The position numbers and the translations under genes are program-made. A DNA stretch of 64,000 nucleotides from Dudresnaya verticillata (taxonomy: Eukaryota). Under the pieces are notes generated by a model. The model ran no database searches. It worked only from the letters and a program-made list of their open reading frames with translations, and was not told the DNA's origin. The stretch is taken from contig OZ374561.1 in assembly GCA_977862235.1 (NCBI GenBank), positions 1,612,001 to 1,676,000 of the forward strand, read 5' to 3'. Shown one piece after another: positions 25,447-37,948 of this stretch; the first letter of the stretch is position 1; each line of letters opens with the position of its first letter.

Positions 25447-25763
25447 CCGAACAGGGATGTGGATGCCCCTAATACGACCAAGCCGTCACTTCTTCTTCCT
25501 GACGAAGTCTTCTAAGGCACGGAAGCCTTCTGATCGTCGGCTCCAAAATCACTCCAACGAGTGATGAGCGCGACCTGAAATGCCCTACGGCTTGAAAGCC
25601 GTTCTCCTGCTGCTGACCGTCGGCTCCAAAGCCGCTCCGCAGAGACAGTGAGCGCGACCTGAGAAGCCTCCTACGACTCGGCAAATTCTTCGCGCAAGAG
25701 CGCCCCGCGCAAGCGGCACACGACGCAAACCGAACCGGAACAGCCAAAGACGCTTGCAGTCGC

Positions 25764-26438
25764 TGTGGTGAAGTGAAAGGCACACCTGTAAGGAGAGCTG
25801 ATCAGGCAATCCCAATAAGGAGTGGTCTCACACGGCACCGGGGTGGTAGAGCTTAGTTCGTAGACCGAAGGGAGTACCTCGAGCGGCAACACCTGTAAGG
25901 AGTAAAGGGACGCAATAGACAAGGGGGACGGTACAGTGCCAGGACAGCTACACCGAGACGGAGGTAAGAGGAATCCGTGCACGGGGCTGGCGAGGGGAAA
26001 CCGTAAAGGAGTATGAGGGTAAGGCTTAGGGTAAGTCACTTTGCCCAGGGTTGCGTACCCGTTTACTGTAGGACTCGCGGTGGCCACCCATTAATATACT
26101 GGGAGATACGCCCCGCGGTCCGGCCCGTGTGGGCCAGACCCCAATGGGTCTGGTCCACTAGGTGGGTCCGGCCCTACTGGTCCCGGTCACCGTTGCGGAC
26201 ATGCTCGGCATTCTTATTGGCCGGCTGACACTACGTACTGTACAGCATGATTACAATTACCTAATTACAAATAAATCAACTACTTGACTCCTATTGGTGG
26301 TGCGCGCAGACTCCAGCAAGGCGTACAGTGCCACTGTGTCGCTGCACTCCGTTTCGGCTTTTGGCGCCAGCTCACCACTGTGCCGGGCGGGGGTCGGCTC
26401 AACCGTCGTCCGCACTCCGAAACGGCCGCTTCACCACA
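25764..26438 (-). repeat. 3' LTR of element A
   Basis: Appears identical to 36822-37496; adjacent to the PPT. Confidence 0.97.
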
Positions 26439-26457
26439 GGCCCCCCTCCTTAAATGG
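26439..26457 (-). promoter_or_regulatory. Polypurine tract of element A (CCATTTAAGGAGGGGGGCC)
   Basis: Purine-rich tract immediately 5' of the 3' LTR on the sense (minus) strand. Confidence 0.9.
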
Positions 26458-26594
26458 CGACACGTCCTCGTGCGCCCCAGCACATTTTCTACGACTCCAC
26501 TCAGGTGTACCCAACAACGGAGAGGGTCCCATCGGCACACTCCACTTCGGGCAGGTCGACCAACAGACAGGTCCAAACCGGTGTGCCGCTAGCA

Positions 26595-29327
26595 ATGGCG
26601 GGCGGGAACACCGACCGCGCACGGAGCCCATTCCAACCGACACGGCGTGCATCGTCGGTGGGAGCGGCTCCGGCGCCGGAGGCAGAAGAGAGAGAAGGCG
26701 GCGGGCCCACGGACACCATAACGGGAGTTGCGGCGGCAGCGGGCACAACGCCGACGTTGCCAGCACGCGCGGGCAGCCCGAGGGTGCCGCGACGGCGGGA
26801 TGGCGGCGAGGCTCAACAGGCGCCGACTCCGCTTCCGGATCGACAGGTGGGGCCGGGCGCACAACGGCCCGGTCCTTCCAAAGGTTACGCCGAGATGGAG
26901 CTGGGGAGATATCGTCGTGCAACTCCGCATGGGCGATATGACGCGTATGCGCAGGGTCTCCAGGTTGGTCAGGTTGGAGGTGGAGTAACCTCACCCCCAC
27001 TCCACTTGGGTGTCGGCGGCGGACCGTCGGGTTCACTACCATACACACCGGGGACTCCGGGGAGTTACCACGGGCGTGTAGACTCAACGGGGTACACCGA
27101 TGAGGGGACTTGGCCAGGCCGGGAGTATGATCACCGCACCGGATGGCGTCAGCGGACCGAGGAGGAGCGCGATATGGTGCGTCTCCCCATGCCCGTATCG
27201 GTGTTCGTTTCCAACTATGGTGGCATTCTCGAGGGATGTCGATACAGTGCTGTTACTGACGCCGGTGGGTTAATCAACAACAAGCCATTTCCGAATCGGC
27301 GTGAGGAGATGTGGAGAGCCAGGTGGATTCACTCAAACTGCAGAGTGCGAACTCCAACCGGATGTGACATCGTATGGCTGAGATGTCAGGAAGAAGAAGG
27401 CTACCCCGATAAGGTGTGCCGATTGTTGGCTATGGCCCATCGACTGCGAGAGCATCCTGTTGGTGTCGAGTTCCTGTGCTACGAGAAACCGTATGACCAA
27501 GGGGTTCACTGGTTTGCGAATCCGCGACGGTGGTCCGACGACGCAGCGAAAGAGCATCGACTCCGGTTGCGGAGTAGGGATGGACGCCGTCTCGGAAGGG
27601 CGATACTCCACACTTGGAATACCAACGAATTCTTCCAGGTGCCGCCGGGGGCACACCGTCGGTTGTACTGCACTGCTCCGGATTGGTGGGCTGAGTATGA
27701 AGTCACCCGTTGGTTTTCAGTGCCGACGCCGACGGTGGTGGCGTACTTTTCCATCCGGTTCATCCAGCATCGCGACTGGCAAACTGCACACCCAGGCGGA
27801 GAAAAGCCTGTCGACCATCCGCTGATGACGGTGTTGGGTCGCATACTCCGAGCGGAATGGGCCATGTTAGTCCTCTTCTCCTGGTTACAGGTCACCTACC
27901 GGGGTGTAAGAGCCAATACTAAGATGACCGACTGGAGGGCGTACCCGCGGAGCAGAACGGATCCGGAAGGTGGCGAGTGCGGGCGCATATTCAAGCTACC
28001 CGGACCGGTGGTCACCCTTATACACCAAGTTGGAGTAGACCGGTTGGTTTAGGGGACCGAATACCCCTTGGCGCGTGTGGAACGCCTCTTCACGGTTCAC
28101 GCAGACACCAATTGGGAGCGAACGCCAGGATTTATCGGTTATCATTGGAATGACGACCGCGTTTTGTCGGTGCCGCCGCTAAACTCCGGTTGTGGTATGG
28201 CTTATTTCCTATCGGAAGAAGACCCCGAGCCGGCGTGGTTAATCGACGAGAAGATGTCAAGCTGGCACGCGATGCGCTCCCGCTCGAGGTTCTACCCCAT
28301 GACGGAGGGGCCATCAAGGGCTCCGCCATCACGTGAGTGGGGTACTCCATCCGGTGTGCTATATCAACAGGGACGCCTCGACAGTCCGCCTGCAGACGAG
28401 ATTACACCGGTGGGGGTTGACGAGATTGAGAAGGGGCGCGGGGACCCAAGGGTCCTCGTGCCAAGAGAATCCCCTGGTGGAGAGGCCATAAAGGTGTGGG
28501 GCGACCGCACGACTTCATCGCCCAAGAAGACCGTAACGGAGTCCTCTCCTGTAGGAGCGGAGATCGATGCGCAGGGGGGCTTGTCGGGGGTGGCTGCAGC
28601 ATCCACACCAATCAGGACTTCGGAACCGGCTGTCTCGCCGGCGGTTGACAAGAACACCAAGTTGGACAAGGCGGCGAATACCGTAGCGGTAGTTCGTCAG
28701 AAGCCCACCGCGGTAGCTGCGGCCGCGGCTAAGTTGGGTCCCGTCGGGGAGCACGACGACTCCGAGATGGAAGAGGACGCGACACCAGTGGGGACCGACC
28801 AAGTGGAGGCGCTCGCGACAACACGGCCTGGAGTAGCAGTGAAGACCCCCACACCGGAGCGGGGTGAGGTTGCCAAAGCGGTGTCGCCCGCGTCGAGTGA
28901 CTCCGTGACGTTTGTGGCCGCTGCGGGTCCAGGTGGAGGGCCACCCCGTCATGTTGACGACGTAACGGTGAAGCAAGAAGAGGGTGCCCCTAAGGAGACG
29001 GCGAATTGGACCGAAGCGGAATTGCGCGTAGATGGGGCTGCCCTACAGCGACTCCGCGAAGGGTGTAGAGATGCGGGTATGCCCCTTCTGGCGTCGGCGA
29101 ACGAGGCCAGTAACACCGCCGTGATGTGGGTAGGGCGTCTGGGGCGCCTACGGCGTACCATTCGCGCTTTGCGTCGACGCATGGCAGACACCGGCAGGAG
29201 ACTCACCATGATTACCGCGAGGGTATATGGTGAACATATTCCCGACTTGGAGGAGAGTGCGGCAAAAGAGGAAGATACGGAGGCTGACCTGGCACCACCA
29301 GCGAAGCGTCCCCGAAATGCGGTGTAA
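26595..29327 (+). pseudogene. Element A antisense ORF (~910 codons, one TAG at 28050-28052)
   Basis: Track ORFs 26454-28052 and 28068-29327 are in frame; start MAGGNTDRARSPFQPTRR matches B's MTGEKTKPSPSPFQPTRR; C-terminal PPAKRPR. Confidence 0.85.
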
Positions 29328-29523
29328 GCGTAGAAATGCCACTTGTCAATAAAATCTTGTGACTTTTGTGAGCCTCCATTCCACTGGCGGAGGGGAAGTG
29401 GAATAACACCACTGTGGAGTGAGCTCCGAAGTGGCGGGGGTCCCCTACACCCTACAAGGCTTTGCGTCAAGTGGGCGACCACCTCATACCAGAAGTGGTT
29501 GCTTGCTTGCCGCCGATTCACCA

Positions 29524-29670
29524 ATATGGAGTAGAGCCCCTTGGGCAAGGGTTCTGTGGTCCCAGAGTCCAGAGGTCATGCCCATTTTGTACCAACGCCA
29601 AGCCACCGATATGGAGTAGAGCCCCTTGGGCAAGGGTTCTGGCAACACGGAGTCCACGGGTCATGCCCGA
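29524..29670. repeat. 85-bp-period duplication containing hairpin AGAGCCCCTTGGGCAAGGGTTCT, between the convergent pol and antisense ORF
   Basis: ATATGGAGTAGAGCCCCTTGGGCAAGGGTTCTG at 29524 and 29609. Confidence 0.8.
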
Positions 29671-29710
29671 TTTTTCCAAATCTCCTACCGCGCGGATGAG
29701 TAGCGACTGG

Positions 29711-32700
29711 CTATCGACGTGCGGGAGTTCTGCGACGTCGAGCTGCAGCGGCTGCCGTGCGCTTTCTATTCCAATAGCGGTGTATGAAGTTTTGCGGCAA
29801 CTCCTCAGCGGGTTCATACGTATCCTGGTCTGGTGGGTAGCCGTACCAACGCACCTTGTAGGTCATGCCCGTGGGTTCTTCGCGGTGTCCCACGATCTGC
29901 TCGATGACATACTCCGTGTCGGCATCAATGGTATCCGGCATGGGGGCAGAAATACCGCCTGGAGTTTGGGGCGTTCCAGTAATACCACCTGGTGTTTGGG
30001 GTACTACTGTGGTGCCTCCCGCCTGCTGGGGCACTGTACCGTCCATGTCGGTGTGTGGCGTAACCGGCGGAGCCAATAGCGGCGCCGGTTGCACGGGAAC
30101 TCCAATTGGTACCTTAGTGATGCAATCGATGCTGATGGGAATCAGGACGCCACCCTTCTTGATAGTGACTACAGTATCCGTTGCGGTGTGCACCTCGTAG
30201 GGGCCCGTCGATCTTGGGAGGAGCTTCTTCATTTGCTCCGCAAATTCAACGACGTGGTCAGGGCCTTGACCCAATCGGTCGCGTTCCTTCCGTTCGGTGG
30301 GTCGTAAATTGCGCGGCGGGCGATCTATGTAGACTTGATCGCCACCGCGAACCACCGGTCGGAAACGCACCTTTCGGTCGAATAGGGCCTTGGACTTCAA
30401 CTGGGCTGTAGTCTGTTTGATCTGCGCCTTCTGTAGGGTATAACGCAAACGCCGCATGGTTCCCCGCTTTTGGAGTACGGGCGTCATACGCCCCTCCGTA
30501 ACGGTTTCTTCCAACTCCACAGGGGTGCCACGCACGATAATATCCGATGGGTGTCGAGTTAACACCAAGTCAAAGGGAGTAGTATCCGTAATCCGGTGTA
30601 CCTGCATATTGTAGGAGTAGGTTAACGGCTGTAGGTATAAATCCCAATCGGTGTGGTGATCCTCGACGTAGTGTCGGAGACGCTGCGCTATGGTTTTGTT
30701 AAACCGTTCGGCTTGCCCGTTGGTTTGCGGGTGGTAGGCGGCGGTCAGCAAATGCCGCACTCCGAGTAGGGCACAGACAGCGTCGAAGAACTTCGCCGTG
30801 AACTGTCTTCCATTGTCGGTGAGTACAAATTTAGGTGCGCCATACGCATACACCCAATGGTCTAAAAATGCGTTCGCCACCACGACGGCTGTAATCGTCC
30901 GTAACGGAATGCACCGTGTTAGCTTAGAAAACCGATCGGTGATGACCAGTACAAAGACATATCCCCGTTTGGTTTTCGGTAGCGGGCCCAATATGTCCGT
31001 AGCGACAAACTCCAGTGGGCCACTCGCGGGAAATAGCTTCATGAACTTCTGATGCTTGAACCGCGTGCCCTTGGTTTTGACACATGAGCGGCAACTCCGA
31101 ACGGTCTCGAATACATCGTTAGCCATATGTGGCCAATAGTAGTCTCTCCGTAAGGTGTAGTACATCTTAATTCCACCAGGGTGTCCCGACATCAAGGTGT
31201 AGTGGGCAAGATACAGGACCCTGCCGCGCATCTGTTGCGGTACCGCCTTTTGGAGTGCGCCGTCGAGGGCAGACTTGCGCACAAGAAACCCATGTCGGTC
31301 GTAGTCAAATTGTGATCAAGGGGATCCCACCGATTCGGCCTTAAGCTTGCAGAAAGTATTTGTTGCTTGTGCGGCTATGAACTCCTCACGGGTAAGGGTC
31401 TCATTGCGCATATCCTCTTGTTGGATGACCGTTTGCCGGAGTGGAGTGGGTGGTACTGTATCCTTTTCAGGCGTAGTATCCGTTTCGGTGTCTCCACTTT
31501 CAACGCCTAGGACAAGGCTGCTTGCGGCACCAGGCTGCTGGGTCTTTTTCCAATTGGTTAGTCGCACACCATGTTGCACTACACCATTAGGAGTTGATTC
31601 CATAACGAAGCAAGGAACTTCCTCATCCAATTCAGCTTTGTCAGCACCACCTGTTCGGAGTCTTGACACACCGTCTGCTAGCTGTTGCTTGATACCAGGG
31701 CGGTATTGTACTTCGAACTCAAATTCCGATAGGCGTAGGCGCCATCCTGCTAAGCGTCCAGACGCATCGGCTAAACTCAATATCCATCGTAATGCGTCGT
31801 GATCCGTACGGAGTATAAACTTTTCACCATAAAGGTAGGGGCGTAGCGTTAGCATACTCCAAACTACAGCAAGGCACTCCTTTTCAGTGGTTGTGTAGTT
31901 CTTCTCCGCATCGGTTAGGCTTCGACTCCAGTAACCCACTGGTAGATTATCTCCACTAGGTTGCTCCTGGAGAAGGACACACCCAACTTGGTAATCACAA
32001 CGCTTAGCGTCGGTATCCAATGTATACTTGAAACCATGACGGGGTAAAGCCAATATTGGAGGAGAGATTAGGTGTCTCTTTAGCTCCTCAAAGGCGTTAA
32101 ACTCCGTTTCGGTGAGAGTTCCAAACTCGAATACCAAACCCTTGCCGGTTTTCTTGTTGAGTGGCGAAGCAATGCGTGCGAAATTGGGAACGAAGCGTCG
32201 ATAGACGTTACATAATCCTAGAAAAGAGCGCAACTCCGTTTGGTTTGTAGGTGGCTTAGCCTCCTTAACGGCGAGAATATTCTTCCGTTCCACTTCCAGT
32301 TGGCCCGGGCACACTATGTGGCCCAGATACTGTACGGAAGTGTCGAAGAAGGCACACTTTGATAGTTTCAGAGTTACACCTGCGGAACGGAGTAGCGTGA
32401 GGACCTCCTTAAGGTGTTCGAATGCTCCGTGACGGTGTTAGAATATACTATCACATCATCCAGGTAGACTAGGGCAAATTGCCATTTCACCGTAGATAGG
32501 ATGATGTCAACCGCCCGTTGGAAGGTAGTCGGTGCGTTTTTGAGCCCAAAAGGCATTCTCCGGAAGCGGTATAATCCATAATGACTGGTGAAGGTAGTTT
32601 TGTCACGCTCCTCCTCGGGGATCTCTACTTTCCAGCAGCCACTATTACAATCCAGAGTGGTGAATACTGTAGCTTCTCCAAGGGAGTCGATACATTCGTC

Positions 32701-34113
32701 CATCCGGGGTAAAGGATATGAATCCCGAACGGTGACAGCGTTAAGTCGCCTGTAATCGACACAAAACTGCATGGAGCCGTCCTTTTTAGGAACGAAGACC
32801 ACAGGGCTGGCCCACTCCGAAGCGGATGGATCGATCACCTTAGCGGACAACATACGATCCACTTCTGCCTTCTCCAGCTCGCGCTGTTTATGTCCTGCCC
32901 GATATGGTGCTTGATACACCGGTTTGGCACCAGGCATTAATTCAATACGGTGTTTCGCGGCAGTTATATTTCCTAACTCGCCGTTCCACATAGTGCTGAA
33001 CTCCTCGAGGAGTGTAACCACCTTAGCGCGGAGTTTTTCATCCTTGGCACCAATATGGATGTTATGTTTCCAATCGGTGTCAGGGGCTGTAGTTGATTCC
33101 GATACGGTGTTTCCTTTGAATCCATCTTGGGGTGTAGCCTTGCTGCTTTCATTAGGAGGAGTAAAGGAATTAATATGTCCTCCCCCCTCCTTAAATGGAG
33201 GTACACCGTTAACGGTGAGTATGGCAGAGGGAGCAGCAGTAGCGAGGCCCAGGACGGTAGACTTGGGTAACCGCACCGGTTTGGGGGAAAAATTAGTCAG
33301 CCACACCTTAAAGGGTTTGTTAGGGATTATATCCATAACTCCGTTAGCCATAAGGGTGAGATGCTTATGGATGGGTTTGGGATGGTTTTGAAGAAAACAC
33401 AAACCACCGGTAGGAGTGGTGACCAATGCAAGGGATTGGGTCATAGGGGGGATAATAAGGGATTTTGCTAGTCGGAGCTTTTGCGATACCGAAGCGGATG
33501 AAACAGGGGGGCCCTGAAGAGTAGAAGCAGCCACCGTTTTGGAGTGTCTGGTTTGTCCCATTGGAGAAACCGGAGAGTGGTGATGAAAAACAACTTTCCG
33601 TGCCGGTGGGAGGATCGCCTTGACATGGCGATCAATGAAACTGGTTCCCAGGATACACGGAGCAGCGAGGTTCGCGACCACCAGGAAGTGGACTCGAGTA
33701 CGCAATTCTCCGATACGGACAAAAAGTTGAATGACACCAAGCGGGCGTATCGACCTATTGGACGCATCCCGTAAAGGTGGACTGGTAGCGGGGCGAATCA
33801 AAGACAACCAGTGGCGTGGAAGCCGTCTGGTGTTAATCAGATTTGGCCCAGCACCAGAATCCAATACGGTGATGAGAGGTAACATGAGGTCATTACTCCT
33901 TCCAACGGTAATCTGGATTTTATAATTCTGCCGTTGTAGAACACAGACAGAATCACCGGGTGGTGGAAATTCAAGGGGGATTTCTGGAACAAAATCAAGG
34001 GGGTACTCCGCAATGGTGGCGGACTGACAGTCCGGCAAAGCCCGTGTTGGTGGGCGTACCACGTCGCATTGAGGAGACGGGGACGCCCTTGCACGTCTCC
34101 TGCGACGTTTTCC
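29711..34113 (-). pseudogene. pol: Element A pol (PR-RT-RH-IN-chromodomain), frameshift near 32420 and TGA at 31316
   Basis: LDSGAGPN, YLDDV, EKECLAV, GHPGG..CRSC, DILGP, DNGRQF, QTNGQAER and EYVIEQIVGHR..YKVRWYGY. Confidence 0.95.
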
Positions 34114-36509
34114 GAGTCGGTGTGCGCCATGAGTGCCTCCTCTGCCATATCAGCTGGGGGCTCGCCATCCACACCACCATCGACAGTCAGCACCCGCGCT
34201 GGGCGTTGCTGGTAGTTGCCCGGCGGACGATTTCCCGTATTGGAGTTGGCGAAGGCCTGTCGCTTGAGGAGTAGCGCCTGATAGTTGCGTTCGTGCTCTT
34301 CCATCAGGGGACCCCTTTCGGTGTCGCTCAGATACGGACAAATAACATGGTCCGGGGAGAGGCATAAGCGACAGTAGCCGCTGCCATAGAGGCGTCGGAC
34401 ATCCGGCGAGGTGTGATCCGTCTGCTCTGCGGCGGAGGATTATTTTCCAATACGGTGTTCACCCTGTCCTGGCCGGGGAGGCGTACTGCCGTGGGGGTGT
34501 CCAATATGGGGGTGTCCAATATGGCTGGGATGCTGCCCGGTGGTTCCTTGACGGTGTGTGGCGGGACCGTAGCGGCTATCCGCCGGTCCGTAGCGGGGTT
34601 GCCGAGCTGGTGGCATCCGTGGCGCTGGTGGGCGAAGGTTGGGAGTCTGAGACGGAGTAGGGTAGACACTACTCGGTGGGGAAGAGTACGCTGTAGTAAA
34701 CGTAACCCCCGACGAGGTGCCGGCACTTCGACCCGCGTCACCTTCCAGAGCGAGCACGTGCTCCTCCGATTCAGCGGGATACTCCGAGTAGGTGTAATCC
34801 GATGGAGAACCAATTGACAGAACGCCAGAACGGCGTGACTGACTCTTAGGTTTTCCGTCGAAGACGTGCACCGCTGAGGTTTGGCGCCTGGTTGCCCGAT
34901 GGGATTCTCCAAGCCCTTTAGCGTAGCGGGTGATGGCTTGGTAATCCATATAGGGGTGTGTCGCCAGATAATTGCGCATCTGCTGACACGTTCCCGGTAG
35001 GAGTCCTTCCACAAACAGCGACTTGAGGGACCTGTCGGAGAATACTGTACCGCATCGGAGTGCCTTAGTCCAAAGTTGGTTGGAGAATTGCTCTTCCGTT
35101 AAGGCCGAAGTTTGTCGAAACGACGTTACGTCCGAATACCCTTCGGCAATCACCTCATCGGTAGCATAAGTCCTTAGCAAAAAGTTCACCACTTCGGAGT
35201 AGGTGCGAAGCATCTCTGCTTGCTCCTCGTTGACCGCCATGGTGCCGCCAGCGAGACGGGCCTGAAGCAAAGCTTCAGCCTGTCCACTTAGGAAAAACTG
35301 GAAACACCAAAGTGCGGTTCCTTCCGAAATGGAGTTGATGTTACATGCATCCTTGAACTTCGCGAGAAATCCAAGGACCGTGATGGGGTCTGTACCGTTA
35401 AAGGAGTGGGACTTCATTTGCACCTCCAGCTTTTTGCGGATGCGTCCCATATTCTGGGACAAGCTGGAGCTGTAGTATGAACTCTTTTTCTCCAGTCGGT
35501 ATGTTCGGAAATCCAGCGCCTTCACGAACCTGTCGTTCAGGGGCCGGATCACCTTTGGGAGTGGCCTGTCGACCTCTCGGTGTTTGGCGTCGTGTTTTCT
35601 GGCCCGACGCCGCTCGTCCCTATCCGTATCGGAGTAGCTCGTATCAGAGCCAGAGGAATGGGAGGAGTCATGCCCTTTTCGGCGCCTGTGGCGCGACTTG
35701 CGCTTGTTCTTCTTCCTATTTCGGTGTTGGCTATCATCAGATTCCGTACCGGAGTGTTCTTTGTCCCGTCGCGAAGCGCGTTTGCTCCGTTGCGAACGGT
35801 CACGTTCCTTATCGGAGTGGGAGTTCTTGGCCTTTCTGTCAGCACTGTCTCTACCACTCCGGTCTTGGTTTTTCTTGGAGTCACCATCGGAGTGCTCACT
35901 GCCTCTACGCGAAGCCACCGGCACGGTGATACGTTCCCCCGCAGGCACTTCTGCGGGTACAGGGACCGTACTCCGATTCGGTTGGGGTTGCTGTGTTGGA
36001 TCCAATTCGGTGTATTGAGCTTGGGTAGGTAACCCAGGGGCTTCCGCTGTCCTTACCGGATTGGGCGGAAACACCTGAGCGGGGATTTCTGGCAAATACG
36101 TCGTTTCTCCCTTGACCGGGAAGTTGTTCCGTATCGGTGTAGGTCCAGAAAAGGGCTGTTCCTTGGGTCCCGGTAGGGGTTGTCCGGGGATGAGCATCTG
36201 CTCGATCTCCGACGCCTGACGCTCCTGACGGATGAGCGTCTGCACCAACTCCGGAAGGTGTTTCTCCAGGTAGGAGCTGACAATTACCGGAACGGTGTCG
36301 GCGAGCGTGGTCTCAACCTCCTTGACCATGTTGGGTTGCACCTCTATACGGAGATGCTCCAACACCCGTGGAACGACCTCCGAAAGTATCCAATGGAGAC
36401 GATTGGAGTCACCTGGCTTGGAAACACCCTTGCGGGAAGTGTCTGAACCAGGTCGGGATCTAGAGAGCTTACTGGCTACACCTTTAAGGAGTTCTTCGGG
36501 GTTCTCCAT
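34107..36509 (-). pseudogene. gag: Element A gag (premature TAA at 34440), with CX2CX4HX2C knuckle
   Basis: Capsid-like region (FNGTDPITVLGFLAKFKDAC) homologous to B gag; the frame continues past the stop to CRLCLSPDHVIC. Confidence 0.9.
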
Positions 36510-36797
36510 ACCGGGGTTCAGGTCGGCAGCATCGCCACGGCGTGTTCTCGTGGCTGAGGCTACCTCCGGTTCGGTGGGCTCACTGCGGCGTGTTCTCGCA
36601 GTAGAGGGAACCTCCGGGACGGTGTTGTCGTCACCGCGGCGTGATCTTCTATTCCATGTGTTCTTCTATTCTTAGGTTACCAAAATGGAGTCAACGAGTG
36701 TTTTGCCTTGTCCTGCCTTTACACCAATACGGAGTTGTCACAAAGCTGAACTCCTACCGAAGCGGAGTCCAACGGAGATTCTTCTACCTTGACGGTC

Positions 36798-36815
36798 TTC
36801 TAGGTCGGGAGACCA
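36798..36815 (-). promoter_or_regulatory. Primer binding site of element A (TGGTCTCCCGACCTAGAA; tRNA-Tyr-like)
   Basis: 18-mer starting TGG just inside the 5' LTR; identical in element B. Confidence 0.85.
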
Positions 36816-36821
36816 AAAAGA

Positions 36822-37496
36822 TGTGGTGAAGTGAAAGGCACACCTGTAAGGAGAGCTGATCAGGCAATCCCAATAAGGAGTGGTCTCACACGGCACCGGG
36901 GTGGTAGAGCTTAGTTCGTAGACCGAAGGGAGTACCTCGAGCGGCAACACCTGTAAGGAGTAAAGGGACGCAATAGACAAGGGGGACGGTACAGTGCCAG
37001 GACAGCTACACCGAGACGGAGGTAAGAGGAATCCGTGCACGGGGCTGGCGAGGGGAAACCGTAAAGGAGTATGAGGGTAAGGCTTAGGGTAAGTCACTTT
37101 GCCCAGGGTTGCGTACCCGTTTACTGTAGGACTCGCGGTGGCCACCCATTAATATACTGGGAGATACGCCCCGCGGTCCGGCCCGTGTGGGCCAGACCCC
37201 AATGGGTCTGGTCCACTAGGTGGGTCCGGCCCTACTGGTCCCGGTCACCGTTGCGGACATGCTCGGCATTCTTATTGGCCGGCTGACACTACGTACTGTA
37301 CAGCATGATTACAATTACCTAATTACAAATAAATCAACTACTTGACTCCTATTGGTGGTGCGCGCAGACTCCAGCAAGGCGTACAGTGCCACTGTGTCGC
37401 TGCACTCCGTTTCGGCTTTTGGCGCCAGCTCACCACTGTGCCGGGCGGGGGTCGGCTCAACCGTCGTCCGCACTCCGAAACGGCCGCTTCACCACA
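36822..37496 (-). repeat. 5' LTR of element A
   Basis: 675 bp, matches 25764-26438. Confidence 0.97.
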
Positions 37497-37948
37497 GTCG
37501 CAATAAGCGGCCTCAGCCATACGTTGCACAGAAGCGACGTGGGTCGCAAAAACGAGTCAACGCGACGGAGCGGCGTCCACCGGCGCGGTTTGAACGGGGT
37601 CGACTGGGCACGGAAGGCGCGTGAAATACAAGGGAGGTTGTTCGCGTCCGGTCTTGCCCCCGGAGAGTGGGAAAGGGACAAGCGTCCCAGTCGGTTTAAT
37701 AGGCGCTCGCCGGACGGGCACCCCGCGGAATCGATACCAGTCGTGAGTTGCACGGTCGCCGTCGACGGCTCTGGTCGTCCTGATTTGGCCTTCGACGCTT
37801 TTCGAGACGGGTAGGGAACCCCGAAAAGTTAGGAGGCGGTTTCCAACTGCGTTGGCTCGGCCAATGAACGGACTACGATTGAAATCTCAACGGTCAATGT
37901 AATTGGAAACGCCGTTGCTGTCAACTCTGGACTGAGCGTGGTCGCTCA

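Larger units (their letters stand above)
25764..37496 (-). mobile_element. Element A: full-length Ty3/Gypsy chromodomain LTR retrotransposon (~11.7 kb) nested in element C
   Basis: 675-bp LTRs with TG..CA ends and 10-bp terminal inverted repeats TGTGGTGAAG/CTTCACCACA; 5-bp TSD GTCGC (25759-25763, 37497-37501); PBS, PPT, gag and pol present. Confidence 0.97.

Noticed and set aside
25671..26228. Duplicated small ORFs in LTRs (also 36738-37286, 39579-40441 and 50456-51161)
   Set aside because: Their duplication simply reflects LTR identity; they show no coding signature.
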